Shown: positions 40,209 through 55,323 of the stretch, in pieces
How positions within the stretch are numbered: position 1 is the stretch's first letter
How the letters are laid out: every line of letters begins with the position of its first letter
Source: Eledone cirrhosa
Lineage: Eukaryota
Assembly (NCBI GenBank): GCA_964016885.1
Contig: OZ024743.1
Location: 58,528,001-58,592,000 of the forward strand
DNA: 64,000 nucleotides
Reading direction: 5' to 3'
Notes under the pieces: generated by a model
What the model saw: only the letters and a program-made list of their open reading frames with translations
The model's database searches: none
Told to the model about the DNA's origin: nothing
Position numbers and translations under genes: made by a program

Positions 40209-40965
40209 ATGTCTTGTTTAGAGCAAGGAATTCAACATTTTAAAGCTGAAGAATATAAAGATGCACTATCGTACTTTAATGAGTCACTAAAAACTCAGAA
40301 TAACACCAAAGAACAAAATGACGTACTACAAAAAAGATCCCAGTGTCATTTATATCTTGGTAATATCAGTTTAGCAATTGAAGATGCAAAAAAACTGATT
40401 AAAAACAAACCAGATTCTACTATAGGCTACATATTACACGGTAAAGCACTGATAAAAGCAAAAAAGTTCGAAGATGCGCTTATGGCCTACCGTAAAGGTC
40501 TAGATGTTGATCCTAACGATAAAGTTATCGCACAGTGTCTAAAAGATATGCAGAAAGCCATTGTGAGTTCTTACGAACAGAACGCTAAGAGTAAAGACAT
40601 GAATTACAACGCTGTTAATCTGTGTACGCAAGAAGCCTACCCGGGTGATGAAGAACTGGCAGAAAACGAGAGAGAAATTATTGAAATGAAAGGTTACAAT
40701 AAATTACCTTGTATATACAGTGGAATACCTGATCCTGAACAAGCATATAAATATCTACTATTGGCCAGGAAAGAAATCAAAGCTGGAAATTTATTAAGTG
40801 CTTTAAAATCATATGATGTATCCCTAAGTAGAGACCCCTTAAATTTTGATAGTTGGACCGAAAAGGCAATAGTATTAAATCAACTGGAAAGAAATGGAGA
40901 GGCATATCAATGTGTCTCGGCAATACCCTCAGAGTGTAGAAGTTCGGACAATTGGAAACTAGGAG
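40209..40965 (+). CDS. First coding exon of a TPR-repeat protein (phase-1 donor at 40966)
   Basis: 252 open codons with TPR consensus (EQGIQHFKAEEYKDALSYFNESL; RSQCHLYLGNISLAIEDAKKLI..KPD; GYILHGKAL..AKKFEDAL.AY.KGL.VDPND), in-frame stop 24 nt upstream, strong G|GTAAGT donor; upstream acceptor ttctcattttcAG at 39665. Downstream exons not identified. Confidence 0.88.
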
Positions 40966-41047
40966 GTAAGTCATGCATTTTCTCCCTATACACCTTATGA
41001 TGTATATATGTAGAACGATATTCACGTACATACATACATATACGCAT

Positions 41048-41132
<85 letters not shown>

Positions 41133-41180
41133 ATGAAATGACAGGAGGCTGGATTTGTGTAAATCCTTGAAAGGTTTATT

Positions 41181-41238
41181 ATACTATGATCATTTCAATG
41201 ACCGGGTTCCGTATGAATCCGGTGATATCATCAGGTAT
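41181..41238 (-). ncRNA. Type I hammerhead ribozyme motif, family A, intronic, in module ~41140-41460
   Basis: atac-CTGATGA-tatc accgg attc atacg gaac ccggt catt-GAAA-tgatca-TA-gtat; palindromic stem III. Confidence 0.75.
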
Positions 41239-41873
41239 TCGAAATATAATACGTGAATGTAATAGGTAAAATCCATGGGGCTGAAAATCGAGACCCGAGG
41301 GCGACCGCTATTCTGTTCCTTCAACCTCAGCCGGTCGCCCTGTTATAAAGTTAGTTCCACAAGAACTTAACAAACCAAGTTGTGGAACTAACTGTACACC
41401 GAACTCGTCAGATGGGCAGAGTCCTCTACTTAACTATGGATATAACCTCCCGGTGTTTTACCACTTTATATATATATATATATTTATATATTTATTTATG
41501 CATACACACACGCAAACACACACATATACACATGTATATGTGTATTTATATGTGTGAAGGGATGTGTCCAGTAATCTTCTGATTCAACGAATAGAGGTGG
41601 AACCAATCAGTCAGTACCAGACCAGATTTATAGGTTACAGGTATAGTTGTGCTGTGATAAAGAAGTCCGCCTTGTTGCCACACGTTTCTTCACACCAGCC
41701 AGATGTGCGACAACATGGACGTCTTCTATCATAGACTTATATGAACACATACAACGTGAGCAGAATTTGACACAGGGAGGTTGTGAAGAAACCCATTTCT
41801 TTTACACCCTATTCCAGCAAATGCACAAGAGCTCCCGCCCCCGTGAAGAATTAAAAGCACATATATACATTAT

Positions 41874-41923
<50 letters not shown>

Positions 41924-41964
41924 AATTTAAAAACGGAGTTAAGGACTCACGTTAATACTCTATA

Positions 41965-42152
41965 ATTTAATTGTTTCAACTTTTGGCACAAGGCCAGCAA
42001 TTATCCCAGTACATTACCGGTACTTTATTTTATCGACCCCGTAAGGATGAAATGCACAGTCAACCTCGGCGGGATTTGAACTCAGATCATAAAGGACCGT
42101 AACTCTATGCTGCAAAGCATGGCGTCCAACCCTCTACCGATACTGCCAATCC
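41965..42152 (-). mobile_element. tRNA-derived SINE
   Basis: Consensus match. Confidence 0.85.
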
Positions 42153-42204
42153 ACTATAATTTAATGAGCTCAAGGAATATATATACACATAATATACATA
42201 TATT

Positions 42205-42271
<67 letters not shown>

Positions 42272-42349
42272 ATATATATAATATATATATACATATATGT
42301 ATATATGTATATATATAGATGTATATATATACATATATGTAGACACATA

Positions 42350-42380
<31 letters not shown>

Positions 42381-42432
42381 ATACACATAACATATAAATA
42401 TACATACATACATACATACATACATACATACA

Positions 42433-42529
<97 letters not shown>

Positions 42530-43046
42530 ACATAATTATAGCCATACGTGTGCATGCGTATGTGTGTATGTATATATGAGCATTAGCAAATTAAATGCAG
42601 CATTTATTAAATATTATTTCTCACATTCTCAATACCATAAGAATGGAATAATAGAACGTCGTTATAAATCTCCGTAGTACCGTATAGACAATATACTCCC
42701 ATTATGCATAAAACTGAAATTACCTATATCGAATTCTGAGTAGTCGATTCCTCCTCATAACGTTGTATATGTATATCGATAGATAGTGTGTGCGAGATGA
42801 CATTTCTATTACATTTTAGTAGAGCAAGAACTCCAAGAAATATATTTTTATAATACTGCAAAATATTATAGGTGAGAGCAGGAAATACATTAAAGTATTC
42901 ATTCTAATTTCAACTATAAAGACGTCTGACATTTTAACAGAAAAGAAGCGAAAAGCATGGAATCTTTCGTTTTACCTGACTGACTATTGCCAACTTTACA
43001 TAGTAGGAGCATTAGTATTTATAACGAGCTTAGTAGGTGAAATATT

Positions 43047-43222
43047 AATTGTTTCTACTTTTGGCACAAGGCCAGCAAATATCCAGTGCATTACTGGTAC
43101 TTATTTTATCGACCCCGTAAGGATGAAAGGCAAAGTTAACGTCGGCGGGATTTGAACTCAGAACGTAAAGTGACATAACTCTATGCTGCGAAGCATGGTG
43201 TCTGACGCTCAACCGATACTGT
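43047..43222 (-). mobile_element. tRNA-derived SINE
   Basis: Consensus match. Confidence 0.85.
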
Positions 43223-43424
43223 GAAATATTAATGTTATTATACTATACGTGGGTCATATGTTAGAATGGTATGGACAGCAGTACCAGGGACCGATGAGTA
43301 GTGGCGATCTCACGAAGCTTTTGATACCAATCCACGACCTTCCCCCAAAAAAGTTTCATTATTATAAAATAAGTGTGTAAACAAATAGTTCGGTATTTTA
43401 ACATATGTAATTTACACCCCCCCC

Positions 43425-43482
<58 letters not shown>

Positions 43483-43650
43483 AATTAATATATCTAGTAA
43501 CATATATATACACACAGATGCATACCAATGCTAGCAAATACATAGATTTTGTCTTAGTAACTTTGTGGTTCAATGCATGGGGTTGCAGAACAATAATATG
43601 AGAGACGTAAAATAAGAAAATTATAAAATTAACTTACTTACTAACATTTC

Positions 43651-43732
43651 ACTCCCAACTAATTAGTTTCTGAAAGGGAATAAATATACTTTCCGAAGAA
43701 AATATTGAGAAGCCTTTCGTCGTCAGGGAAGT
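43651..43732 (-). ncRNA. Type I hammerhead ribozyme motif, family H, within a 525-nt unit bounded by a 21-bp direct repeat (43476-43496 / 44001-44021)
   Basis: acttcc-CTGACGA-c gaaagg ... cctttc a-GAAA-ctaattag-TT-gggagt. Confidence 0.8.
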
Positions 43733-44119
43733 CTATTCTCAGCTAAGTTTCCAGGCGATACGTGGACTCTGGGAACTTATACAAAAATAATTCAGTGGAT
43801 AGAAAATAGCAAAGCGTGGACTGAATTCCTAGCCATTGAGAAAATCACTGCCTACTGCGTCGGTGGCAAATTCAAAAAGAATCAATCACGTGACATCGAG
43901 GTCAATCAGTGGAAAGTGGTTTGTTAAGAAGACAGCAGCCTTCCTGCTACCATAGCAGCAGTCTTGGCCAATATTGCTCGACAAATAATTTGGAGATAAA
44001 TATAAAGAATTAATATATCTATATTGTATGTATGTATGTAAGTATGTATGTATCTATATGTTTGTATCTATACATATATATATGTCTGTATGTATATATA
44101 TATGTATGTGTATATATAC

Positions 44120-44640
44120 CTGTCTCATGGTCGGGTCGTTGGCGACTAAACTGGCAACCCCACAAAAGGTTTCTTCGTTAGGAGGGTGACTTTGGACATC
44201 CTGCAGGACTAAAAACAAAACCTGTCAAAGGGCAAAGGAGCTCTTAAGTATCAATGGCCATCCAAAATCACCGGGAGAGATGACCCTAAAGCCTTTGTCA
44301 AGGCAGAATTCTAGGAGAAGGAAAACTCTGATATAACACCTGCAACCCTGATGGTATCCAATGATGTTGACTTGTTCTTCTTTTTGGTAAATATCATCTT
44401 GGTTAAGAGAGTGGGACTGGCTTTGTGCAGTGCCTTTGCTCACTATAAAAGCTTCACGGCACAGGCATTGCTTTATATCTGGAGATCTCTCTGCACTTGC
44501 CGTCACATGGTACCATGGGCCCAGAACTATATGTCAATAATTGTCACAAGTGTAGTGTTTGTACCAGAGTTTTCAAGTCGCTGGGTGGACTAAAAAGTCA
44601 TATTCGTTCAGCGCATCGGCCGTACTCGATGACGAGTTGG
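44120..44640 (+). mobile_element. Rearranged RTE-like LINE remnant with C-terminal C2H2 finger
   Basis: CSVCTRVFKSLGGLKSHIRSAH followed by tactcgatgacgag. Confidence 0.5.
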
Positions 44641-44662
44641 CAGCCACCATGTGTATATATAT

Positions 44663-45368
<706 letters not shown>

Positions 45369-45493
45369 TAAATATTTATTTATATAGAGTGTCCCCAAAA
45401 ATGTATACACATTTTGATTACCTGTATAGGCAACGTTTATTAGAATGCTATTGAAGTGTGTATACAATTTTTGGGGAGACCCTGTGTGTATAC

Positions 45494-45603
<110 letters not shown>

Positions 45604-45931
45604 AAGTGCGCACAATTTTGTTTATTAATCTCCCCCACTTATAAATAGCACTGAGATCCCTGGGTAGGGGTTGGTAAATATAGTAGGAATGGTAGCGACT
45701 GAAGTAAGTCTGTTGTTTGAATGCAAAGTGAAAAGATTATTTTCTCTTCTAGGTGAAACTAGGTTTCACATACGCTTCTGTTTAAGCAAAACCAAGTTGA
45801 AATGCTGTTTGGCAAAAAGGTAAAATGATATCATAGACGGTGTGGAAAGAAATGCGAATTGGAGCAGTAAGGAGTTTATATATATATATATATATATATT
45901 TATATGTAGATGTATATATATCTATATCTAC

Positions 45932-45989
<58 letters not shown>

Positions 45990-46873
45990 GAGGCGCGGGG
46001 GGGGGGGGGGGAGAAGATAGCAAGGAATGGGGTTAGAGAGAGAATAAGATATCACGTGGTGCCTGTAACTAAACTATATGATGCATTTAGGTAGATACTC
46101 GGTAAATGTAGCTGTAAATCTTTTTGAAAGTATGTTCCTCACACACACATACGCACACATTTATTGTTTACCTTCTTTTACTTTATTCATTCCAGATATT
46201 TTTCCTTAATCCGTCCTACTATTCTTTTTCTCATAGACTTCCATTCTATAAGATAAGAAATATATTTGTCGTTATTGTTGGATCTCCGTCAGTTAGAAAC
46301 AATTAGTATGAATATCTATTAGGAAAAATTGACACAATCTTTGCTGAGATACTTTGTTATATTTCTTGTCATGAAAATAAGTGGTCTTGTGGTAACGGTG
46401 TTCAATTCACGACCGTCCGATAGTGTGTTCGATTCAAGGCGGCCCATTGTGTCCTTGAATTCATAATAATGGAACTTTGAGAGTAAATCCTGATAGAATG
46501 ACACATGAAACTGAATTGACTATAAAACATTACTATGATATTTTTATGTGTATTGTAGTTTTAAGAAGGGTGTAATTTATCATCGGAATCTGTTATTTGA
46601 CTGATTGAATTCCATCATAGGTACACATGGGCCAAACATGTGTGTTAAATGGGGATAACGGATTATGTCTACCATCACCAAAACAAAATCGTTCGATCCG
46701 CTCACGAAATGTCACTCACGAGGCTTTGAGCGACTCATGACATTTACTTAATCTGCCTGAACAATGGATTTGAACACGAAATCTTGCAGAAGTGTAGTGT
46801 TAGTTGTAACTCAAGGGAGATAACCAACACACCTGTAATGCACTACGGTAGATTGATTGTTATTATAACACGA

Positions 46874-47038
46874 GTAGAGGGTCGGACATGCTTTCCAGCA
46901 TAGCTATGTCCCTTTACGATGGAGTTCAAATCCCGCCGAGGTAAACTTTGCCTTTCATCCTTACGGGGTCGATAAAATAAAGTACCAGTAGTTATACTGG
47001 GTAATTGCTGGCCTTGTGCCCAAAAGTAGAAACAATTA
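46874..47038 (+). mobile_element. 5'-truncated tRNA-derived SINE with TSD attataacacgag
   Basis: Consensus match; duplication on both sides. Confidence 0.85.
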
Positions 47039-48073
47039 TAACACGAGAGGCGTTATAGGGGAGATGGAATAAGCGACGCTGAGAGGTTGGAATAAACTGG
47101 GTGGAAAATCGGTAATTTTTTTATGTTGTCTCCCTTGATTAAAAAAAAAAATCAGAATTAGTCGTTTAGTTTACATATTAAAACCCCAACCAATCTTATT
47201 CATTTTATAATATATGGGATTTCTAGTAATGTATATTTTTTGTCATGTGCAATGTTTTTTTAATGTCTAAAGAAAATTAATTTTCGCAGGAATGCTATCA
47301 TTTAAAATAAAATTTCGCCGGAGACAGATGAGCAAATTTAATAAGCGTGGAGTGGGTTTGAAAAAATCTGAAAGATTAATAAGCTGCTGGGCTGGTGGGG
47401 GTAATATTACTCGAAACCTGAGAGTACTCTGTGAATCCTGACGGTATTAATATAGTGAATATTAATATTGTACTAAGGCAGATAAAGTTAATTAGATATT
47501 CTGGAGTCAGAAGATGTTATGCAGAGAAGAATATGAATTATTATTAAACCAAATACTATTATTAAAAAAAGAAAAAAGAGCTGATGTCAGATCGGACTAA
47601 GTAAACAGTTTTAATTACTGTTGCTATCTACTAGTAACAACTGTTGGTAGATGTGGTAGCGATTTGGACACATAACAAGAGCTGATACTGTCCGATTATT
47701 CAACAATTTAACTTATTTTATCGATTCAAAAACAATAAATAATAAAAAAAGGAAAAGCTAAGTTGAATGTCGGTAGGATTCGATTTCAAATATGCCTGAA
47801 CCAATGCCGATGCATTTAATCCAATAATCTAACGGCTCTGCCAATCTACCATCTTAGGATAAAACAATGTAAAGGTAAATATAGCGACATTCAGTTTCGT
47901 ATTGATTTATCCTCTATTGTTTTTTATTGTAACATCGATCGAAACTCTGCCTTTCTTGTGTTGGGTTTCAACATCTAGTCGAGATGTCACTCTGGTGCAA
48001 ACCCATCACTCACCAGAATTGACCATGTTTGATTTATTTCACCACCGCAAGAGAAAGAATGAAAGAGAGAGAG

Positions 48074-48116
<43 letters not shown>

Positions 48117-49235
48117 GCCAAACTATTGTATTGGCATCAAAAAGGAGGAAATGTAAATTTGACGACACCTGGATTTGAAGTCAGTTCACAGAACGTTATA
48201 CATTGATGCAATAGAAAGTGACCAGCGAATTATATTGTAACCAGTACATACATGCTACTTATTTTATTTAGTCCATAAAAGTGAAAGGCAAAATTGGCTA
48301 AAGCGAAATTTGAACCAAGGATGTATAACAGAAAACAAACACATTTGAATTGTATTTAAACAGTCCCTCCAGAGTTTTGAAATACTGTTGTATGTAGAGG
48401 CTGTATTGCATGTACAATAATTAACCGCTTATAAGCGGTGAATTAGTAGATAAATTAGTGAGTCGGATATAATTTTACGCGGTATTACTTTCTGAACATC
48501 TCAGCGGTCGACTTTGCTTTTCATTCTTAAGGGGTCGATAAATAAATTACCATTCCACACCTGGGGCTAATGTTTCTTCTATATTTCTATCCCTCTTTAT
48601 CTTGCTGTCTCTCTCTCTAGAAGAAAGCGGCTGTGTTCAGACTGTAGATTCATATATAATGTCAATACCCATATGAATCTACAGGGCTTAAGGAACCATA
48701 GCATGGATGGGTATCTTTAGTGAGAACCAAAAATCAATTAAACCAGCGTATTGTTGGTGATTCGTTATCGACTCACGTCAGGTTAAAGGAAAAGCCATCC
48801 CTGTCGAGACTCGAAGCTGTGAAATAATTTTAAATATTGTACGTTTAATTCGATGGAGTTTCTATTGTTCAATATCGATTTCTAATATTTATAAGACTTT
48901 TCACTCCTAAGGAATTCTTTTATTTAATTGAATTCTCTCACGAACTTCCTTCTACGAAAACTTCCTCTTCCAGATCGTTATACGGATAGAATAACAATCA
49001 AAAGTGATAGATGTTTATACTTGGAGAAGTGAACTTAACTCACGGACTTCCAGTACTACCTTTACCCACGACAAGTTAGGCACCGCCGGTAGAAGACCAT
49101 GCATTACAGGAAGGAGAAAAGTCAATTAAATCACATTCAATATATGAATTCTATTTTATTTAATCGTTCCTGGAAGATAGTACATTAAAGAAAACTTCGG
49201 TCGCAGTTGAACACGGAGTGTCATTATATTAACGG

Positions 49236-49424
49236 GGGCGGTGGATTGGCAGTATCGGTAGAGGGTCGGACGCCATGCTTTACAGCATAGTTACGTCCCT
49301 TTACAATCTGAGTTCAAATCCCGCCGAGGTTGACTTTGCCTTTCATCCTTACGGGGTCGATAAAATAAAGTACCAGTAATGCACTGGGTAATTGCTGGCC
49401 TTGTGCCTAAAGTAGAAACAATTA
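49236..49424 (+). mobile_element. Full-length tRNA-derived SINE with 16-bp TSD
   Basis: attatattaacggggg at 49223-49238 and 49421-49436. Confidence 0.9.
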
Positions 49425-50622
49425 TATTAACGGGGGAAGAGGCGTGTTGAGATGTTAGAAAGGCATAGGACTTTAATTAACTCATTTGCATTAAGGTAAG
49501 AGAAGCTTAGCGTATTTAAGGGAGAATCTAAGAAACAATTTTTTTTTTGGGGGGGGGGGGGGCTTCAGTTTGCTTTGGAAAGCGTATAGCTTAGAATTTA
49601 ATTTAATTTAATCTTTATTTTATGTTTACTTTGAGAACAATTTAATATATTTGCCTTGAAGCAGCAATTTTTAATAAAAGAAAGGAGTGAGTAATTTTAC
49701 AATGAAGCTGTAGAAATTTAACATCTGTACATTTAACATACACATATACACCAAGTCCGAACAGAAAAGAACCAAACCTCTACTGTCACTGCCTCCGTCT
49801 CTCACCACCTCTCATTATTATGAGCAAATTGGGGTTCACGCGTTGGCTGCCCCGCAACCCCGGCGGACAGAATAGAGAATACGTTTCCCAGGAGGACAGT
49901 GAGGGAGACGCGGAGAAAGTATAAAAGATGTTATGTGGTGTTAAGTAGAGGCAGACAATATAAACAAAATAATCATAAATCATAAATAAGAAATAAAATG
50001 ATGTAGTTAGTTTACTACATAGTTTACCGCTCCCCTTTCCATACATCTGAAGTTTTAATATATGATGAATGACAATTATGCATTAGCTACCATTCTCAAG
50101 TGCTAGAGTATGCGTTTCCTTTGTAAAAATCGCTAGAAATTACGGAAAACAAACTGTGCAATAATTAGAAAGTTTCGTGATTTGTAGTTCTGTTGTTTAG
50201 AGTGCGATTCATAGTGAATCTTTTCAGCAGAGCTGGTTCTACCGTTATATAACACATATACACAATCGTAAACACATGCGCGCACACATACACATACACA
50301 CACACAGACACATACACACACATACACACATATATGTATAGATATGTATATATATGTATGCATGTATATATAAATATATGTGTGTGTAGGCACGTGGTCT
50401 ACTGGTAATGGTGTTGGACTTGCGATCATAATGTCCAGTGTTGCGTGTTGTGCTCTTGAGCAAAACACTTCATTTCACGTTGCTCCAGTTACTCAGCTGA
50501 AAATGAGTATCAGCAATAACTGGGGGTTTAACCCTACGATGGACTGGCGTCCTGTCCAGGAGGGAGTCTTGTACTCTCAGTCACTTACTTCACGCCATGT
50601 AATCGGGATAAGCAAATGAGCC

Positions 50623-50689
<67 letters not shown>

Positions 50690-50695
<6 letters not shown>

Positions 50696-51337
50696 AGGTT
50701 AATTATAACGTTCGCGAAAATGAAAGTAGGTCTTCTGACACGTGAATGTGTTTCTTCTTTTTTACATTGAAAGTTACGATACAGTTATTTACAACAGGTC
50801 TCTATAGTGATATGGTGTTAATTAGTATTGCGTGTGTGATTATTTTCTCTTATATATATGTGTGTGGGTGTGTATATGTGTGTATATATATGTGTGTCTG
50901 TATGCATATATATATGTGTGTTTGTATATATATATGTGTTTGTGTCATCATCATCGTTTAGATCTTTTTGTAATATCTTGCCAAAGTTGGCACCAACTAT
51001 AAACAAATTAAGGCCGGGTCATAAGAAGGACAGAAAATGATAAGGGATTTGGGTAAAAACATCTAAACGATGATGATGACACAAACACATATATACATAC
51101 AAACACACATATATATATACATACATACACACATATATATACACACATATACACACCCACAGACATATATATAAGAGAAAATAATCACACACGCAATACT
51201 AATTAACACCATATCACTATAGAGACCTGTTGTAAATAAACAGACTGTATCGTAACTTTCAATGTAAAAAAGAAGAAACAAACACATTTACTTGTCAGAA
51301 AACCTACTTTCATTTTCGCGAACGTTATAATTAACCT

Positions 51338-51342
<5 letters not shown>
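50690..51342. repeat. (TA)n-flanked inverted duplication (~270-bp arms, ~100-bp spacer)
   Basis: ggcataggttaattataacgttcgcg...catcatcatcgtttagat (50691-50963) vs reverse complement 51061-51342. Confidence 0.85.
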
Positions 51343-51384
<42 letters not shown>

Positions 51385-53371
51385 TGGGCTTCTGCAGTTT
51401 CCACCTGCAAAATTTGATGATAGAAGAAACTTGTCTAAGGTGCCCTGCAGAGGGGTGGGGTGGAATAAGCGGGGTATTGGGCAATCGGTAATTTTTCTGT
51501 TTTCTCCTTTCATTTTTTTTTAAATCAGAATTAGTCGTTTAATTTACATATTAAGACCCCAGACCATCCTATTTATTTTATAACGTATGGGATTTGAATA
51601 ACGGGTGGAGTGGGGTTATTCGGGATCAGAGAGTACTCCACCTTAACCACTATAAAATACAGACTCACAACATGCAATCTCACAAGTGCCTACAACAATA
51701 ACAACAATCTTTATACAAACATGTGTGAAATAACTGTAAAATGTTCCATGTGCAAAATACATTTAAATCCCATTAAATCTCGTTGATACTGGTGTTGATG
51801 TTGTTGTTGTACACTGGAGAACGTTGCCAAGATAAAGTTTCAAATAACAGCAGTTAGTTTAAAATCCATTCCAAAATATTTCATTCATAATTCAAAAAGC
51901 CAGTACACTCTCAACTCCATCAACCCCATGTACATCTCACGTCACTTACAGTTCACAGTATCATCATAATACATCCGGAATGGCAGACGTGTCTGTAATG
52001 TTTCTTACACTATCTTTTCACTATCAAGGATTTCTTTTATTTGAATGTATTTCCCCCCGCTATAATTACTGTCTCTTTCATATTGTTATATGATGAGAAT
52101 TACTTAGAGGAGAATGGATACATAATCGCCTAATTCTATTTTAATCGCCTAATTCTATATTTAAAAATTTGAACTTATCTTACAGAATCTCAGTACTACA
52201 AGTGCTACTTATGGCCAAGAGATGTGAAATGATCATAATTTCCTTTCAATTTGTTTGCATTTGTTCTAACACTAGGTTGAATGTTCAAATGACATCGTGG
52301 TCAACTTTGACTTTCATCATTCCAGGATCATTAACAAAAACTAACAGTTAAGTATTTGTGTCAATATAATTAACTTTCTGCACATTCCGTAGCTTGTCTA
52401 TTTCTGACCCACTGCGTCGAAGTAGCCGTGTTCACTATGTCAGAGAATCTTAAACTTAAAACCATACATTGACAGATAGTTAAACTTTCAGTGAATGGGT
52501 GTTGTTGCAATCAGGACCACCGGTACCCTCGGTTCATGGTCTGACGTCGTTTTTACTCCGCCAAATCGGCACGAGGGCACCAGACCTGCAACAACAAAAA
52601 AAAAACGCCATGAAAAGGAATGCTTGATGCTGCAGATATCGCTAACAGTTCCCTGCGACAACTCTTTCACCATCTTATCTGTCCGGGCGGGGAGTTGAGA
52701 TACACTATCCAACGCAGAGTGTTGACACTGCCCCCTCCCCATTATTTATTTATTTAATTTGTAGTTGTTATGTCATTTGTTATCCATTTCTCTTTGTCTA
52801 TATATACAGTGGAATATGTTTACTATAAAAATATATGAATTTGCGAATTAGTTTTATAATTCTAATTTCTATAATGGTTGAAATTAAAGTAAAAAAAAAA
52901 AAAAAGAAATGAAAGTAGCAGCTTAAACCTATGCAGGTTTAGTTGATTCCGACGAGGATGTATTTCATTCGGTATTTTTATGACTCTTTTCATATTACCC
53001 TCTCTAATGCCCTACGTATGCACTACTCTGGTGCATTATGGTCCACTTAATATTTTACCACACCCTCTTTGTTTTATATATATATACACATAATATAAAG
53101 ATTCATAAACGTGCTACATGTATGTGCTACCATTGGTTTCAGTGTCCCGTCATGGCTACCACTGCGGAATGGAGGTGACAATTTTAAACTGACCTTTCAT
53201 TCAGACACGTGGATATAGGGTTAGTGTAAAAGTGCCTCCTCCATTATACAGTGGTTGCCACGACTGGACTTTGAAATCAAGGATAAAGGAAAAGCTAATC
53301 ACGGCGGGATTAGAACTCATAACGTAAAGAGACGTAACTATATGCCAATCTGCCGCCTTATGTTTATGGGT

Positions 53372-53553
53372 AATAATTGTTTCTACTTTTGGCACAAGGC
53401 CAGCAAAATACCCAGTACATTACTGGTACTTTATTTTATCGACCCCGTAGGGATGAAAGGCAAAGTTAACCTCGGCAGGATTTGAACTCAGAATGGTAAG
53501 GACCGTAACTCTCTGCGTCAAAGCATGGCGTCCGACCCTCTACCGATACTGCC
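53372..53553 (-). mobile_element. tRNA-derived SINE
   Basis: Consensus match. Confidence 0.85.
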
Positions 53554-53904
53554 AGGGTAATAATAAACATAGGAGATTTCCGCAATGGATGTTTTAAGCT
53601 GTGATCATATCCCAGATATCTGAGTACCCATTGAAAATGCGAGATACAATCTTCCAGATTTTATCCTTCGTCAGTGATATTTAGTCACTCAATACTGCGA
53701 GGAGTATAGGTTAGAGTGTATATATTTTTTTGCGTAAGAAACATCGACTAGATATGCTCATTTGAATAGTGTGAACTAGAATGGGTAGGATTACTTAGCA
53801 GTAGCACTAAAAGAACGTGTAACGATGTGTTTATATTTATGTTTAATAAAAATACGACAGTCACGCTATGAGTGTTTCAGTACCCCACTAATATATATAC
53901 ATAC

Positions 53905-54001
<97 letters not shown>

Positions 54002-54526
54002 AAGTAAACAAAAATAGAGCAAGAAACCAGGACTCTCCGTCATCAGTGATCTTCTGGCTACCATCTGTATTTCTTCGCATTAAAGTCCAAATACCTCTAG
54101 ACAGTGCGAGCAATAACTAAAATAAGTTATTGGGATAAAAAGAATTGGGTGGAGAAAGAAAGACATGTAAACAAACAGAAATGGTAAGGCAACCTAAAGA
54201 GAGGAAAATGAGAAAACAAGTCAGTAATACATTGTGAACTTAAGTTCTAGGAAATCAATGACGAGAAGAAAAGACGCGTTGAAACACTGCGAAATGTAAG
54301 CGAGAAAAGGATTTCACACAGTTCAGATGGGAGGAAGTGAGAGAGGGGGAGTAGCAGAGAGTGAGTGAGTGAAAGTGTGAGGAAGGGTCCAGCCGAGAGA
54401 GGGTGATCAGCAGGGGGAGTGAATGAAATTAAGAGATACATGGAGAGAGAAGGGGGAGAGAGAAATAGGATAACAGTAAGGTGATAGAAACAGACAGGTC
54501 ACAGCGGAGGGAAAATTATATATGAA

Positions 54527-54637
<111 letters not shown>

Positions 54638-54706
54638 GTATATATAAATATAGACGTATATAAATACGTATATATGTGACTGTGTACGTCTATATACATA
54701 AATATG

Positions 54707-54796
<90 letters not shown>

Positions 54797-54820
54797 AATA
54801 TATATATAACCATAAATATA

Positions 54821-54864
<44 letters not shown>

Positions 54865-55078
54865 ATATAAATATATATATATGTGTGTGTGTATATATAT
54901 ATATATAATACAATATGTAGAAAAGATGACACACTAGAGAGAGAGATATAGTGCGCCATCAATCAAACAGGGAAAAGCCACCAGTGTATGGAATCTTTAG
55001 CCCATGGAAGGCAGAGTAGACACACAATAATTAAAAGTATAAATTAAAGTGTAAATACATACTTCGATAATTATCTAA

Positions 55079-55258
55079 CACACACGTACAAATCCAAAAA
55101 GATCTGTTTCGCCAAGTAGGTTATTGACAGAAATGAGTAGCCCATGGTTCATCATCGTGTGTAAGGCTATACATTTCAGATAACACGAAGAGAATCTAAA
55201 GCGACCATCCAGCCACACGTAGGAGAGAGAGTGCGTTTATGCAAGTTTATATATATAT

Positions 55259-55323
<65 letters not shown>

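Noticed and set aside
45753-45819. Candidate second TPR exon (ttctcttctAG|GTGAAACT...AAAG|gtaaaa)
   Set aside because: Phase-compatible and open, but the peptide has no TPR character; unsupported without RNA data.
49236-49330. tRNA-like A/B boxes in SINE heads
   Set aside because: Part of multi-copy SINEs, with no complete cloverleaf; not tRNA genes.
53560-54055. Minus-strand CTGACGA (~53668) and CTGATGA (~54040) near a TA tract
   Set aside because: I could not build consistent stems I and III with a valid NUH for either.
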